From positions 3,412 through 67,411 of the forward strand of contig CDMY01000489.1 in NCBI GenBank assembly GCA_001179505.1: a DNA stretch of 64,000 bases, given 5' to 3'. Shown here piece by piece: positions 36,501-50,563 of this stretch (the first letter of the stretch is position 1; the number at the start of each line of letters is the position of its first letter). The translations under genes and the position numbers were made by a program. Below the pieces are notes generated by a model. It made no database searches, had not been told where the DNA came from, and worked only from the letters and a program-made list of their open reading frames with translations. This stretch comes from Vitrella brassicaformis CCMP3155. Taxonomy: Eukaryota; Protista; Chromerida.

Positions 36501-36884
36501 TAAATCAAAGATAATCCCTTTCTGTGCGAAGGGCAAGGCCAGGGGCACGCTCAAATGAGTCTGCAGTAACGATTCACGATTGTAGAACACCGGCGACTGT
36601 CGTCTGACGATGGATGTCCTTGTACACTGTGCGCATGCGTAAACTTGCACGCGGGGATGCCGCAAGGCTGTTCCACTCTTGCTGGTGGCTGCGTTCGCCT
36701 TCTTCGGTCGCGCCACTTCTAATGACGAGCCGAGGAGGGGGTCCCTATCTCCTTCCGACCCGCCGCCCTCTCTTGACCGCCGTCGGTTCATCGTTGAGCC
36801 GACGGCGGTCAAGAGCGTCCGAGCAACGACTAGCCACTGATTGACTCAAATGCGGAGGGCACCGAAGGTGCCCGAGCAGCCGAC

Positions 36885-36989
36885 GGCAGGTCAGTCAATC
36901 TGTGTGATTCATGGATGGCGGAGCGAGGGATGCAGCGCTGCAAACCGACGCGGAGACATACATGAATCACACAGATTGACTGACCTGCC
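36885..36989. repeat. Fold-back palindrome: 29-bp perfect inverted arms around a centred 12-bp palindrome
   Basis: ggcaggtcagtcaatctgtgtgattcatg (36885-36913) is the exact reverse complement of 36961-36989, and tgcagcgctgca (36931-36942) sits at the axis. Confidence 0.9.
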
Positions 36990-37730
36990 TGGGCCCCCTC
37001 CCTTCGGACATGAATATATCTCATAGTGTTTATGGTGAGCTGGTGAGGTCAACAGATTCAGTCCCGAATGCTCTTCATACCGCCATGCCTTTCCATCAGC
37101 AACACACGCAAACAGCACCGGCACAATCAGGCGCATTCTCCCGCCTGTGGTCAAGCAAGTGGAGGCCGTCAGCCGAGGGCGAGAAGGCGGCATTGGCGGG
37201 CCGAAACGAGGACATCGGCACCAGAGAGAGGGAGCTGTATTTCTTTGGCGTGTCGCCCATCGATCGTTGAGCTTGGGTCTGTGTGTACAAGTGTACTACA
37301 TGAATGGAATGACAGCGAGCTGGGCTTATCCCTCAGCTATCTATCATCGGACAAAGTGTTTCCCATCCTTACCTGCCTACCATACTTACCGTCACGCACA
37401 CAAATCATTGGTCATCACCTGCGGGCGGCCTGTCTGTCTATCTGTCTCTGTCTGTCAGCCTATCAGTCAATTATGCACACGGACACCACACCTGCTTTGT
37501 GGCTGACCCACCCACACACACACACGCCGCTTTCGCGCATATGGACACTCTCACATCACACACAGCATAAGACAGACAACACACGCCACGCGCACACGCA
37601 AGCCAGAGAGAGAGAGAGTGCAGCTCACAGAGAACCAAATACAGTAGACACGCACACACACACATAGAGAGAGAACAGTCAGCACCTTTCCTCTCTGAAA
37701 CCCCACCCATGAGTCCGTCCATGAGTGCAC

Positions 37731-40700
37731 CTATCTCCGACTGCCGCCGTCGCATTCCTTCGGCCCGCTGACGACCCTCATCTCGCCGTCAGCCCGCTCA
37801 ACGACCTCCTGCTCTTCCTTTTTCAAGTGGCAGGTGCGCTCGAGGCCGTAGAAGGACCAGTGCTGGCACTGTGAGTGCTGCAGACACAGATGTTGGCACA
37901 GCTGGGCGCTCCGCACGTCAGCCAGGGAGAGGATGTCGCCGCCGACGTATTCCACACCTTTCAGGAAACAACCTGCACAGGATAGGTAGGACAGAAAGGA
38001 GACACACAGATGTCTCGTCGCTGTCTATGCGGAGAGCATCTACCTGCTCACCCACCCACACCCCCACACACCTGTCTCTTCTTCCTCCCCTTCTAGTGCA
38101 CTGTCTCCCTCTCCACCCAACGGGTCCTCTGGGTCGTTTTGTTGTTCCTCAGGTGACACCACCTCTTCCCTGCTGCTGCTGCTGCTCCTGTCAGAGGTGA
38201 CCTTGTCGCACTCCCTCTTGCCGCTGATGACCGTCGCCGTGCCGGCAGGGCTCCTCGAGTCCACAGACGACCACAGCACACACGTTTGGTCGCCCACAGG
38301 AAAGCGGTACTCGTATGCCACACACCCGTCCCTCTCTCTGCAGGCCGTTATGCAATCGCTGGGCGAGCTGATGGGCGTGAGTGTGTCCAGGATCTCGCCC
38401 GTAATTGCCGTTGCAATGTCGTAGCACCGCTGGCACGTGTGGTCGGGCGTGAGGTGCAGCCCGTCGGCACACTCTCGGCACACGGGGGCGTCCTTCTCCA
38501 CTCCTGCGGGAGGCTCCACTCCTGAGTGGTCGGCGCATTTGTGGCAGTCGTCGAGTGTGCATGGAAGGCACTGCCCGGCGTCCGACGAGAGGTAGTGGCC
38601 CCTGGCGCACCTCGTGCACGTGCCGTTCCTTGACGCCAGCGTAGACACACTGCCGGCGTCACACTTGACACAATTCTCAATTGGACACGCTGAGACACAC
38701 AACACAGACCATGTGTGTGTTGTGTTGTGTTGGTCCAGGGGCGTGGCGTACCCTGGCACATGCCGAATCCGTCTTGGTCGACCAGCACGTACCCCTCCAT
38801 GCACCGCCGGCACTCCCCTCTGCGACCACACCGCTCGCACCCCACACTGTCGCACAGCATGCACCGCCCGTCGCCCCCCAGATACATGCCGGCGGGACAC
38901 GGCGACCCGTCGGTGCTGAGCGGCAGCAGGTCGATGCGGAAGGCGGCCGTCAGCAGCACCGATGTGTCGTCGTCGAAGATGACCGTCAGGTCGAACACAT
39001 GGGGGGGAGGGGGGAGCAGAGACGCCGGCATGGGCGGCAGGATGGCGTCGATCGTCGTCTCCTGCAGACAGACACCACGATTAATGCGGCCATACACAGA
39101 CGTGTAGGCATCTATCTCTTCCTGTTTGTTGTCCTTGCTCACTTACCGTGCAGTCGACCAGCCTGGCGGGACGGGAGCCGACCTTGACCTGCCGGACGCC
39201 CCCCCTGCCGTTAAGGCCCGCCCCACCGACCCGCAGATGATGGCTGACGTCCACCCGGCCCCTCCACGGCCACACGTCGTACAAGACAGGCACTGACACA
39301 TCCTCGTCTCCACTTCGGTCAATGGCACGCGGCTTCGGCGTCAGCACCTCCACTCGAGACTTGTTCTTGTCGACACCGATGATGCGGCAGCCGGGGCCGT
39401 ATGCGAGTGAGTCGAAGTGCGTGTTGAGCCCCCATCGCGGCTGCCTGGTGTCCTTTGCACGTGTGTGGACCACCAGGAGGCCGCCGAAGTCCTCGTTGAC
39501 ATAGGACGCGATCAGGCGGCCCCTGAGCTGCCCGTCGAAACAGCTGCCCATGACCTCCGTCAGGCCGCTGATGCCCCGGGTGGTGGTAAAGCAGTGGCCG
39601 CCCAGCATCTCCTCGTCATCCTCCCCCACAGATGTGTCGGCCTTCTTCTGACCTCGGGCGCTGTTCGGCGCGCCCCAATGAGAGCCCTTGGCCAGCGGTC
39701 CAGCCACGCAATCGGACGTCGGCGGAGTCACCTGCAGCGGCTGTGGGCAGCTGGGAAGCGTGCATTCTGTTTCCATGGCCATGCCACCGTTGTCGGTGAT
39801 GCCACCAGCAGCCACCCACAGCTGCCCCTGTGTCGTCCAGACGAGCTGCCGCGGCGAGCGGAAGCCCGATGCGTGAACGTCCAGCCACTTGGCCGAGTCG
39901 GGGGCGAGGGCGTGGTTGCTGCCCGCTGATTGGTCGTAGGAGGGGACGGGAGACTCGGTCTTCTGATTGATGTAGGCCAGCTGAGTGGTGTTGTGGATGC
40001 GCTTGGCGTGGAGGACGGCTGCCGTGAGGGGCGACTCGGGCAGACACCCTGACGCCTCGGTAGGAATGCCGCCGTTGGTCATACTCGGCTGTTTGTTTTA
40101 AGTGGGGGAGAGGGCAGGAGAACAGACAGGCTGTGCAGGTGGGTGCTGAGTGTCTGTCTCCTGGTTGGTACTCACTCACCTGAGATATGTATAGGTCTCC
40201 GTTGAAGTCGAAGGCCAGGTGGTTGGTCTGCTCCCCCCCGTTGGCCAGAGGCAGACGCTCGGTGAATGGACGCACATCGTCAAACGTGGGCCACCCTGCG
40301 CACACCACACACCACACTCCGCTTATCCCATGCCCCCGCCGACCGGATTCCCCACCTCTGAGCTCAGAAATGGTTGAGTTGTAAGGCAGCAGCTGCCCCT
40401 CCTTGAGGTAGCCGCAGCCCTCGCCGTAGAGCTGCAGCACACTGTGCGAGACCAGCAGCCGGGGGCCGGAGGACTCGTCGGCATAGGGGTCGAAAGTCAG
40501 GCCCATGATGGAGTGGCCCAGGCCGTAGGTCTGGGTGATTGACGCGATTCTGCGGACCTCCTTTGCTGGCTCAGATGCGTTGGCAGGGAATGAGAACACC
40601 TGATCGGCACGTGGTGCAGACACGTGGGGTAAATAAGGATGTCTCTGTGTGTGTGTGTGTGTGTGTGTTTGGGGGGGGGGGGGGGGNNNNNNNNNNNNNN

Positions 40701-43061
40701 NNNNNNNNNNNNNNNNNNNNNNNNNNNNNNNNNNNNNNNNNNNNNNNNNNNNNNNNNNNNNNNNNNNNNNNNNNNNNNNNNNNNNNNNNNNNNNNNNNNN
40801 NNNNNNNNNNNNNNNNNNNNNNNNNNNNNNNNNNNNNNNNNNNNNNNNNNNNNNNNNNNNNNNNNNNNNNNNNNNNNNNNNNNNNNNNNNNNNNNNNNNN
40901 NNNNNNNNNNNNNNNNNNNNNNNNNNNNNNNNNNNNNNNNNNNNNNNNNNNNNNNNNNNNNNNNNNNNNNNNNNNNNNNNNNNNNNTTTGGGGGGGGGGG
41001 GGGGGTCGCTCCCCACTCACGAACAAGCTCACTCACATGGAGATGCCCCGTAAGGGAACCGACGTAGAGGAGCTGGTCGGGCCCCCAGACGGTGACAGTG
41101 GGGTGGTCCACCTGTGCCACCACCCTCCTGTCGAATGCGACGGGGCCTTTGCCCCTCTCGCCCTCGTACACGAACATCTTCTTGTTGGACCCGCCTCGCT
41201 GCGTCTCCACCCACACATTCACCTCCTTGACACTCGGCTCGTGCCAAGGCGGCACCTCCACCTCCACATACGAGTCGGGCATCTCGCTCACCTCCGCCGC
41301 AACCGCACTGTCGTCGTCAAAATGCACCAAGATGGTGTTCTCGCCCTTCTGCTGCGGGGTGAGCATCCCCCGGCCGTGGATGCGTATGACTGTCTTGGTG
41401 CGGCCGACATTGGGCTCTATATGGTTGATGAAGGGACGGGGCAGGAATGCGGTCTCATTGCGGAAGAAGGCCAGTGGCGCGGGGGTGAGTGATGGCGTGA
41501 GGGGGGAGGTGGCGGGGAAGAACTGCAGCGAGAGGGGGTCGGTTGGGGGATGCTGGAGGGAGAAGCGCACGTCGAACAGCTGCCGCGAGTTGCTGTGCGG
41601 CGAGATGACCAGGTTCTGAGTCAGGTTGTGGACGTGGCCGTTGATGTGGAGCGACGTGAACTTCAAAGGGTGCGTCGTCGTGATCGATATGGGCTCTCGC
41701 TTGTCCAGCACACCTGCAAACAAACAAAAACCAGCAACGCCCATACATTTTCCAGCCACAAGCTCAATCAGCTGACCCTTTGAGGCTCTGAAGTCCAGGT
41801 ATCCGATCAGCCGCACCAGGCACCCCCTCCCATACGCACTGTCCCCCACCCACCCGTTGCGCGCATCGATGGCCATGCCGTCGCGCCGGCCCACTCCCAC
41901 CCACGACGGCACGTTGGGCAGCTCCTCAACAGGCGCCGACTGCCACCTCTCCAGCAGCTCCATGTGGGTGCCACTGTCGTACAGAAACACCTGCACCCCA
42001 GGGAGGCGATCGATGGGCGCCACAGTGACGGATTTCTTGGCTGTGACGGTCTTGTTGGCGGAGCCGTTGGCAGACGACGTCACGGTGAGGGAGAGGGTGT
42101 GCTTGCCGACGGGCAGGGCGATGCCTTTCTCAGAATGGGGGCCCTCGTAGAGAACGGTCTCTTCGGCTGTCCTGTGTGTGGTCAGTTCCCACTTGTACTT
42201 GACGCCCTTGACTGTCGGCCGGAAGGCTTGGGCCGAGCTGGTGCATTCAGAGGAGCCGTCTGGGCAGGGCTTGGTGGGCTTGGTGGGCTTGGTGGGTGTT
42301 GGCTGCGGCAGCTGCAGGTTCCAGCTGAGAGGTGCCCGGGCGTCGAGCATGACAGATACCGCACCGTCGCCATTGTAGTCAGGCAACACCTGCAACACGA
42401 ACAAGGCCATCCCCCCGCCCATTCCTCCTTCCTCTCTCCCTTGTGCTGTGCTTACCTCCGGCACATAGATCATGGCCTTCTCCGGCCCTCCCCCCCTCAG
42501 TCGCTCCTCCACCCCGTTGATAACCCGCATCAGCTCCGTTTCATCTGGCTCGACCTGCTTCAGCCCCCACCACCCCAGCCGCTCCAGCAGTGCAGCGGCG
42601 ATGGGCGCGTCCAGCCGCTCAAAGATGCGTCGGATGCCCAGCGTGCGGAGGAACTCGAGAGTCGACTCGAACGAGTACGTGTCCTGGCTGTAGGTCGTCT
42701 GCGCACCCTCTACGTCGGCCTCCAGTGCGGTGATGGCCGGCATCGACGACACGTCAGGGTGCCGCAGGAGAGAGAACAGCAGCGACGGCGGGAAGGCCAT
42801 CTTGTGACCACCACCAGAGGAGCCGTCGGACATTGTCGCATTGGCTGTCGTGCCTGACACGACAAGCAGAAGGAACGTCAGTCACGAGCCAACTCTGTCT
42901 GAACAGCAGCAGTGTTCTTTCTGCCTGCCTTACACACCTTCTGCCAGCCTTTGCTGTTCGTCGAGAGAGGCCCTGAGCATGGCAATCTCCTGGGCGGCGG
43001 CCCGGAGAGCGTCAACGGCCGCGATGGTCCACAGGCACAAAGACGGGACAAACCGCACCAT
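37731..43061 (-). CDS. Large secreted multidomain protein: signal peptide, Ig/PKD-like, PA14-like, IPT/TIG, glucose/sorbosone-dehydrogenase-like beta-propeller, second TIG-like, CxxC furin-like repeats, two PAN/Apple domains
   Basis: MVRFVPSLCLWTIAAVDA leader; LPVGKHTLSLTVT (PKD-like); PFINHIEPNVGRTKTVIRIHGRG (TIG); PTVTVWGPDQLLYVG, LAFDFNGDLYI and HASGFRSPRQLVWTTQGQLWV (propeller); CxxC-rich block; SAQLCQHLCLQHSQCQHWSFY...CHLK...SGPKEC (Apple). The PKD and PA14 calls are weaker than the others. Confidence 0.8.
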
Positions 43062-43604
43062 TTTGCAGGAAAAACGTCACCGTGCCGTGCGTGCGGCAAG
43101 CAGAACCTAGCGGTTTTCTCCCGAGCAGAAACAATAGTCCAATGGATGGTTTGGCCGGCCGGGATAATCTGGCCGGTAGGGTTTGGCCGTTGTAGTGTTG
43201 TATACAGTGCCTCTCCCCGCGGGGCCAACCAACCAACCAAGGGCGCCAAAAGGGGCTGCGGGCGTATATATATAAGTATACACTTCTGTAGTGTATAGCT
43301 CCCTCTCTCTACCTGCCGCCCCTCCCCATCTCCGCTCGACTGGCGCCGCCTTGCTGCTGCTCGCTGTGTGACGGCAACACGCTTCCCTCCTCCCACGCGC
43401 TGCAGCCAAGAGAAAAGGCCCGTCGAAGTTTCCCTACTTCTCTACCCGCCCCGCCCCGCCCCGACAGCCCGCCCGCCCGTGCGTGTATGCCTCTACACTT
43501 GTGTTGACTGACGTACGAGGCTCCGCTGAGTGGTGCCTGAGGTGAGCCCCGCCCGCACTGCTCCAGCCCCGCCCCTCCCCGGCCGGCACACGAGAGAGAG
43601 AGAG
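43062..43604. promoter_or_regulatory. About 540-bp divergent intergenic region shared by the secreted protein and the glucan synthase
   Basis: Head-to-head ATGs at 43061 (-) and 43605 (+). Contains a TATATATAA stretch at about 43266 and GC-box-like ccccgccc repeats. Confidence 0.5.
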
Positions 43605-46600
43605 ATGGCGCAGAGGACGTCCGTGCCGGCGCCTTCCTGGCTGACGTGGCCCGAGGAGGACACGAGCAAGAAGAACTTCATCGACGTCATCGAGGGCCGC
43701 CTCATCAGCGACGGCCTCCCCACCATCCGCAGCAACCCCGACTCGCCACTCACAACCTTCGACGACGAGCGGTCCACTGACCCCGTTGTCGTCAGCACCT
43801 CGCCCCGCGGCAAGGCCGATGACGCCGGGCAGCTGCTCGAGTACGAGACCATCATCAGGAACATCCTGCGGCTGTTCCGCACCCCGGGGTCGTCGAGCGG
43901 TCGTGTGGGTGGGTCGCCGACGGTGTTTGAGGAGATGGTGCACAAGTTTCGGTTTCAGGAGGACAACTATTTGAACCAGTACGAGGACGTCGTCTACACC
44001 CTCATCTCAATCGCCCTCCGGGACTACCCCCCCACCAACGAGGTACCCAACGCACTCAATGACCGATGGATGACCACGTTGGTGGTGGGTGGCTGCGAAA
44101 TGGTCTGTCTGTCTGTCTGTCTGTCGTGTGTGGGTGCGATGACTGACTTGACATAATGGCAGACGACGCGTGCGATGCGCGACAGGGGGTTCAGTCGTCT
44201 GGAGGAGTACGCCCTCTACCGCTACCACTGGAAGCTCTTCAAGAACTACCGCAGGTGGTGCCAGTACGTCAACATCAAGCCATTCCCATGGGGAGAGAAC
44301 AAGGCCAAGGCCGGCAAGGGACTCACAGGCGCCGTCGCTGCGTTCGAGAAAGACAAGGAGAAGCAGAGGAAGAACCCAAAGACACTTTTGCGTAAGAAAG
44401 ACAGAAGAGACGCACACAGGAGTCATCATTGCACGTGGTAGACGTGTTTGTGTGCCATTCATTCAGAGCTGATGGCCCGAGAGATAGCGTTGTGGAAGTT
44501 GATGTGGGGCGAGTCGGCGAATCTGCGCCACTGCCCGGAGATGCTGCTGTTCATCTTCCACTGGATGGTCAAGAGCTGGGACGACGTCGACCCCGCCACC
44601 CTGCCCACATTCATCGAGACCATCACGCCCGTCATCAACGAGTTCTGGGAGGAAATGCGGTAGGTAACCGCGTGGGCCGGCCGCAGTGACCACATACACA
44701 CCCACACACGTCGCATATCTGTGTGTGTGTGTGTGTCTATATGTGTGTGTGTCTATTAGGCGTGCTCAAGGCGACCACCCCGTCAAGATGAACTACGAGG
44801 ACTTCAACGAAATATTTCACAAGGCCCCGGTGGTGCAGGAGTATCTGGGGGTGGCGGGGAAGCCCGGCACGGGCGGCGTCTGGCAGGGCAACATCATCAG
44901 GCTCATCAAGGCCGAGTCGCAGACGCATCAGCTCGTCAAGCTGCACCCACCCAAGGGAAGGAAGAAGACGTTCGTCGAGCAGAGGAGCTACCTGCACGTG
45001 AGCCGAATCGGACGCAGAGGCCAGCCAGCGGCCAGTCAGTCGTGCTGACGTGACATACGGTATGTGTGTACGTGTGTGGTGTGTCCCCATCGTACAGTTC
45101 TTCCGCACTTGGTGGCGGTTCTACCACTTCCACCTGGTCAGTCTGCTCATCATCCTCACACTGGGAGCTCGCGCGAGAGGTAACGATCTTAAGATAACTG
45201 ACTGACCCACATAGGCATCCATGGTGTGGACAGACAGGGATATATAATGTTCCTTGGCTTCTCTCCGTCTGTCTGTGATGTGACACCAGGTTGGGACTGG
45301 CAAGGCTGGTGGGGCACTGTGGCGGTCGGCTCGTCTGCGGGGAGCGCCGTGCGGGAGATGCTGGACCTCTTCTTCTACTGGATGGCCCCCGTCCCCCTTC
45401 TGCAGCGGCTGCTTGACGCACAAGAGGGCATGCAGAGAATGAGCTGGTCAGCCAGTGCCCTAGTGCCCTCCTCGTGGTGTGATGTGATGCCTCTGATCTC
45501 ATCCACCCGTTGTGTGTGGTGTTCGTGTGCAGGTGGGCTCGTCAAGGCATGGCTGGCCTGCGGTGGGGCTTCTTCCTGGCCGCCGCGTATGTCAGCCACA
45601 CCAGCCCGAGCGGCCTGGCGGACCCTTTGCTGCAGCCGCAAGGCTACATCGGCGGCGGCTACATGGCCTTCTACCTCCTGCACGGCCTGTCCTACTTCCT
45701 GGTGCGGGCGAGGAAGGCCTTCCCGTGGTGGCGGAGGAGCCCGCCGACCTGGAGCTCTCACGCGACCTTCTCGGGCAACGCGACTATGCTAAGCGACGAA
45801 TACAAACACATGGTGAGGGAGGGAGGGAGGGAGGAGCCAGATTCGTTGAAGATGGATGGCTCTTACTTGTGGGTGTGTGTGTGTGTGTGTGCAGATGGCG
45901 TATGCGTTGTTCTGGGGGCCGATAATCTCGTTCAAGCTGTGGATGGGGTACTACTTCTTCGGCAACGCCTTCCTCGATTACCTCGAGTTCATCGACGCCA
46001 CCGTTGGACAGCCCCTCAAGTACACACAACACACACACACACACACACACACACATAACATAAACACGACGGTGCGATCGATGCACTTGTGTGTGTGTGT
46101 GTGTGTGTGTGTGTGTCGGTGTGTCTGTGTCTGTGTGACCAATGGCCACATCACACAGGTTTGATTTCCTGTGGTTTTCCTTCGATGACAATCGGAAGGT
46201 GACGCTCTACTTCTTCTGGGTCGCGCCGTTCTTCGTGCTCTACTTCTACGACATCATGGTATGGTGTGCGCACACACATTCACCGCACCCCACCGCACCC
46301 CACCCAGAAGGAGCACACAGACGCACTCCGTCTCTGTTTGTACGCGCCTGTGTCTTCTCTCTCTCTGTGGTCACCCACCATTCAGTTTTACTTCTCGGTG
46401 TTCCAATCTGGCGTCAGCTGGCTCATCGGATGGTTCAGAGGGGTATGTGTTTATTCCACAAATCTGGCGACCGTCCATCCATCCATCCGCTGTGTGTCAG
46501 ATTGGCTTCATCACTGACCTCTCGGTCATCCAGAAGGTCTTCCCTCTACTACCAATCCAGGTGGGCACCACCCGCCCTCCCACCCACCCACACACACCAC

Positions 46601-49600
46601 CAAGACCACGAAGACTGACACATGTGTGTGTGTCCTGGCCTGCTTTGCTCGCTGCAGTACGACCGTGTGTTGTCTGACGATGCCGGCGGGTCGATGCGGC
46701 AGCTCAAGCTGCCGACCTCCGCCTCGCCCAACATATCTGGGTGCGGCATCGACTGGCTGCTGCAGCTCACCGCCCGCTACCTTTGCTGCGGACTCTACTC
46801 ACGCAAGTCACGGTCCAAAGTCAAACCCAAATCATACTTCAGGTCAGCCCTATCTGGGAGAGAGGCATCCGTCCATTCCATTCAACGAGTGTGTGTTGTG
46901 TGTACGTCAGGTCTCATTCTCGGCCGAACTACGCCCTCCCCCTGCGCAATACCTCCCGCAGCAGCAGCCGGCAGCCCACCAAGAGCCGGCAGCCGACAGA
47001 CTCGTCCAACACCACCGAGGGCCTCAAGAGGAAACCCAGCCAGTCGTTCGTCCCCCACTCCCGAGACGACGACAGCCTCACCAACGTGCTCATCCGATAC
47101 ATACCCGTCTCGCCGCGGGCGGACCCCCCGGCCCAGGGCAGCTCCACCGCCCCACGCAGAGGCCTGCAGCTGCTCGGCGCACGGACCCCTAGGCAGCAGG
47201 AGACGTCATCCTCCCCGTCCACCGCCCCAGGATCGCCGCACACCGTCCCCAGCGACCGATCGCAGGAGAGCGGGGCCAAGAAGACACTCACGCCGGGGGC
47301 GGTCGACACCGAGAAGGGCTTGGCCAAGGAGAAGAGGGGAAGTGGGTCGACGACGGGTGCGGGTGGTGGTGGGGGGAAGGACGACGTGTCTGGTGGCAAG
47401 AGGGGCGGCAAGAAGGACGGCGAGGGCCGCGGGTGGGTGTCCTGGTGGATACGCGAGATATCGGCCGTGTACGACAACGCCATTCCACCTGAGACGGTCG
47501 AGAACCAAATCAGGAGGTGCGCATGCGTCCCCACCGCACACACATCATGATGGATGCTGTGGGTGGGTTGTCCACTCTCAACCATTTCTCTCTCTCTGCC
47601 TGCCTGCCATCCATCCATCCATCAGGTTTGGCTTTCTGTGGAATGAGGTGGTTGAGTCCTGGCGAGAGGAGGACCTCATCGACAACGCCGAGCGGTGCAA
47701 GCTGCAGTTCAACGAGCTGCCCGCGATCCACTTCAAAGACCTCAAGGCAAGAACACAACACAGAGAGGGAGGGAGGGAGAGAGGGAGGCCACACAAAACA
47801 AGTCAACACCCGCACACACCCTCCCCTCCGTGTTTGTCCTGTCCGCCTGCGTATAGGATTTGAATATGGCGTGTTGCGACGGCGAGGGCAACTCCAACGG
47901 CAGCGTGAGTGTGTCCTGGGACGGCTCGGACATCCGCCACCCGGTGTGGGTGTACTGCGACGTCCTCAAGAGCTTCACCAGAGAATGCGAAGCGCACCAG
48001 ACGCACATCAACGAGATATGGGAAGGCCTGCGGGTCAGCCACCAACCACCCCCACCCTCCACCCCTCCCACACACACACGCGGCTCGTATCGTACTGGGT
48101 GTGGCCACATCAGGACCACTATCGCTCGAGCAACGACTCGCATCAGTACCTGCAGGAGGTGCTGAAGCTGCCGCCCTCAGTGGCCACTCGGGGGCGTTGG
48201 TCAGCGGTGGGTGTCAAGCAGCGTGCCAAGGCGTCGCTCCACCAGACTGGCAAGGACTTCATCACCAAACTTTTTGGCAACTCGAGGGCCACCGTGGCCG
48301 ACCCCCGAGCCGACAGCCACCAATTTTTGCTCCGCACGGCGCTCCTCGAGATCTACGAGGCACTGTGTCTCTACCTCACACGATTCTTCCCCGGCGGCAG
48401 CAACCTCGCGCTTCGTCTCAGCTCGCTTGTGCAGCGGGTCAGTCAGGCCGCACACACATGCACTGCACAGCCATCTGGACCGCCTCGCCGACCCATCGAT
48501 GTGCCCTTCTCCGTGTGTGTGTTGATCGATCAGGTGACCCGTCGTCCTTTTTGTCTGTCCCTGCTCAACCTGGCGGCCATCAAGGACCTCCAGACCACTT
48601 TGGCGGCCGTCTTCGCGGCGGCTCAGGGCGACAATGCGGCCAAGCTTGAGGAGAACGGCGTCAAGCTGCTCAAGGCCCTGCAGAAGGTGGCCCTGCCGGC
48701 CCTCCTGCAGACACGCGGCTCGTCCGTGCTGTCCTCCAAGGGCATGGCGCAGCACTTCCCAGAGCTGGTGGAGTTCCTCGAGGCTGTGGGCGAGACACTT
48801 GCCGTCAGGCAGTCCTTCAAATCGTAAGCCAGCCACCTTTCTGTGCTGTGACACCCACCGTAGTTACCAAGACGCTGCCTGCCCTGCATTGGCTTGCGGC
48901 GTGTCATGGTCTCCCTCAGGGTGGTCAATGCCTCCGATCCTGACGCTACGGGTCACTCGGACGTGGGCGGCGTGAGCGAGGCCGAGACAGAGCTGGCCGT
49001 GGCCAACCTGATGGAGCGACTGCAGGTAGTCGAGCCGCCCTCACCCGAGGGCCCCCTAACGCCCCGCATGTCATCGGTGGCCCGGCGGCCTAGCAACAGC
49101 ATCACCAGCAGCAGACATGGAGGAGACGACGACACGCCCACATCCAGCTACTCTCAGCTCACAGCCAGGTCCGTTGTGCGCGACCCACGGGGCCCCCCCA
49201 CGCCGCAGCCACAGAGGAGGGGCGTGCGGCCTCCGTTGCCGGTGTCCAAGCTGAGCGGATTCGCCGAAGACGCTGAGCTTGCGTGGATTGACACGGCTGC
49301 CGAGGCGGGATATTGCGACAAGCTGTGGCGGCTGGAGGAGCTGCAGGAGGGTGTGCGTCTGAACCATCCGCTGAGTCTGTCTGAGGCGCTGAAGCCGTTC
49401 TTCCGCCGGGCCAGCCGCATCCTCACTGCCCAGGGGCACGTTCTCAAGACGGGCCTCGCTCAGGCTAGGTAGGTGTGAAGATAGATTGGCCAGTGACTGA
49501 CTGACTGACTGACACGGAGACACCATCAAAGCCCTCTTCTCTCTGTGTGGTCATCACATCCGTGTTGTGTGTATGTGTGTGTTTTGTGTGTGTGTAGGTT

Positions 49601-50527
49601 GAAGTATTTCTCGAGCTCGCTGTTCATGGAGATGCCCGAGGCGCCCAGCGTGCAGCGGATGGTGTCCATGTGCACCTTCACACCCACATACACGGAAGAC
49701 GCCATGCTCGACTCAACCGTGATCAACACACACACACACACACACCCTCTCCCCCCGACCCGCCAAGCGCACTACTAGATGCCTTTCTCTGTGTCTGTCC
49801 GTGAGCAGATCCTGAACGAGAAGACCATGGAGGGCGTGCGCCAGTTCGACTTCATCCGCACCATGTACAGCCACGAGTGGGCCAACTTCCTGGAGCGAAT
49901 GGACCCACAGGGCGTGCGCTACGAGTGGTACCAACACAGCCAGACACACAAGGGGGTACTCAGCAAAAACATCAACGACATGGCGGCTAAGTAAGTGTAG
50001 TGGGGGAGCTGAGCTGAGCTGTCGACGACACGACCATCGTGGGGCCTGCAAAACAAAATGGGTGTTGGGGTGGTGTGTGTGTGTGTGTGTGTGCGTGTGT
50101 GTTTAGGTTCGAGAAGGACATAGAGGAGTGGGCGTCTGACCGGTCTCAGACGCTGTGGCGCACCCTGAGGTCCGTCATGTACTACGAGCAGGCCTGCAGG
50201 ATGCTGGTCAGTCAGTCAGTCAGTCAGCACAGTAAAACCCACCCCCCCAGCCAACACAGCACAGCACAGCGCACATCCCCTCCCTCTGTGTGTGTGCTTG
50301 GATTGGATTGGATTGTGGTTTAAACAAACGTTCAGGCGTGGATGGAGTTGCAGGAGCAGCGAGGCGAGGCGGTGCACCTGTGCCACGACCGCAACATGCT
50401 CTCCTTCGAGCAGAACGAGCGGCTCAACTGGCAGAAGGTCCCCATTCAGCCCGACAGCCCCAAGAAACTCCAAGGTGACTGACGCCACTCCAACTGCCTC
50501 AGGGGGCCTATCCATTTATCAGCTCGG

Positions 50528-50563
<36 letters not shown>

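Noticed and set aside
40660-41005. Missing exon or G-quadruplex element hidden in the gap of the secreted-protein gene
   Set aside because: Both flanks read tttg followed by poly-G, so this is an overlapping poly-G tract inside an intron; the reading frame joins without extra sequence.
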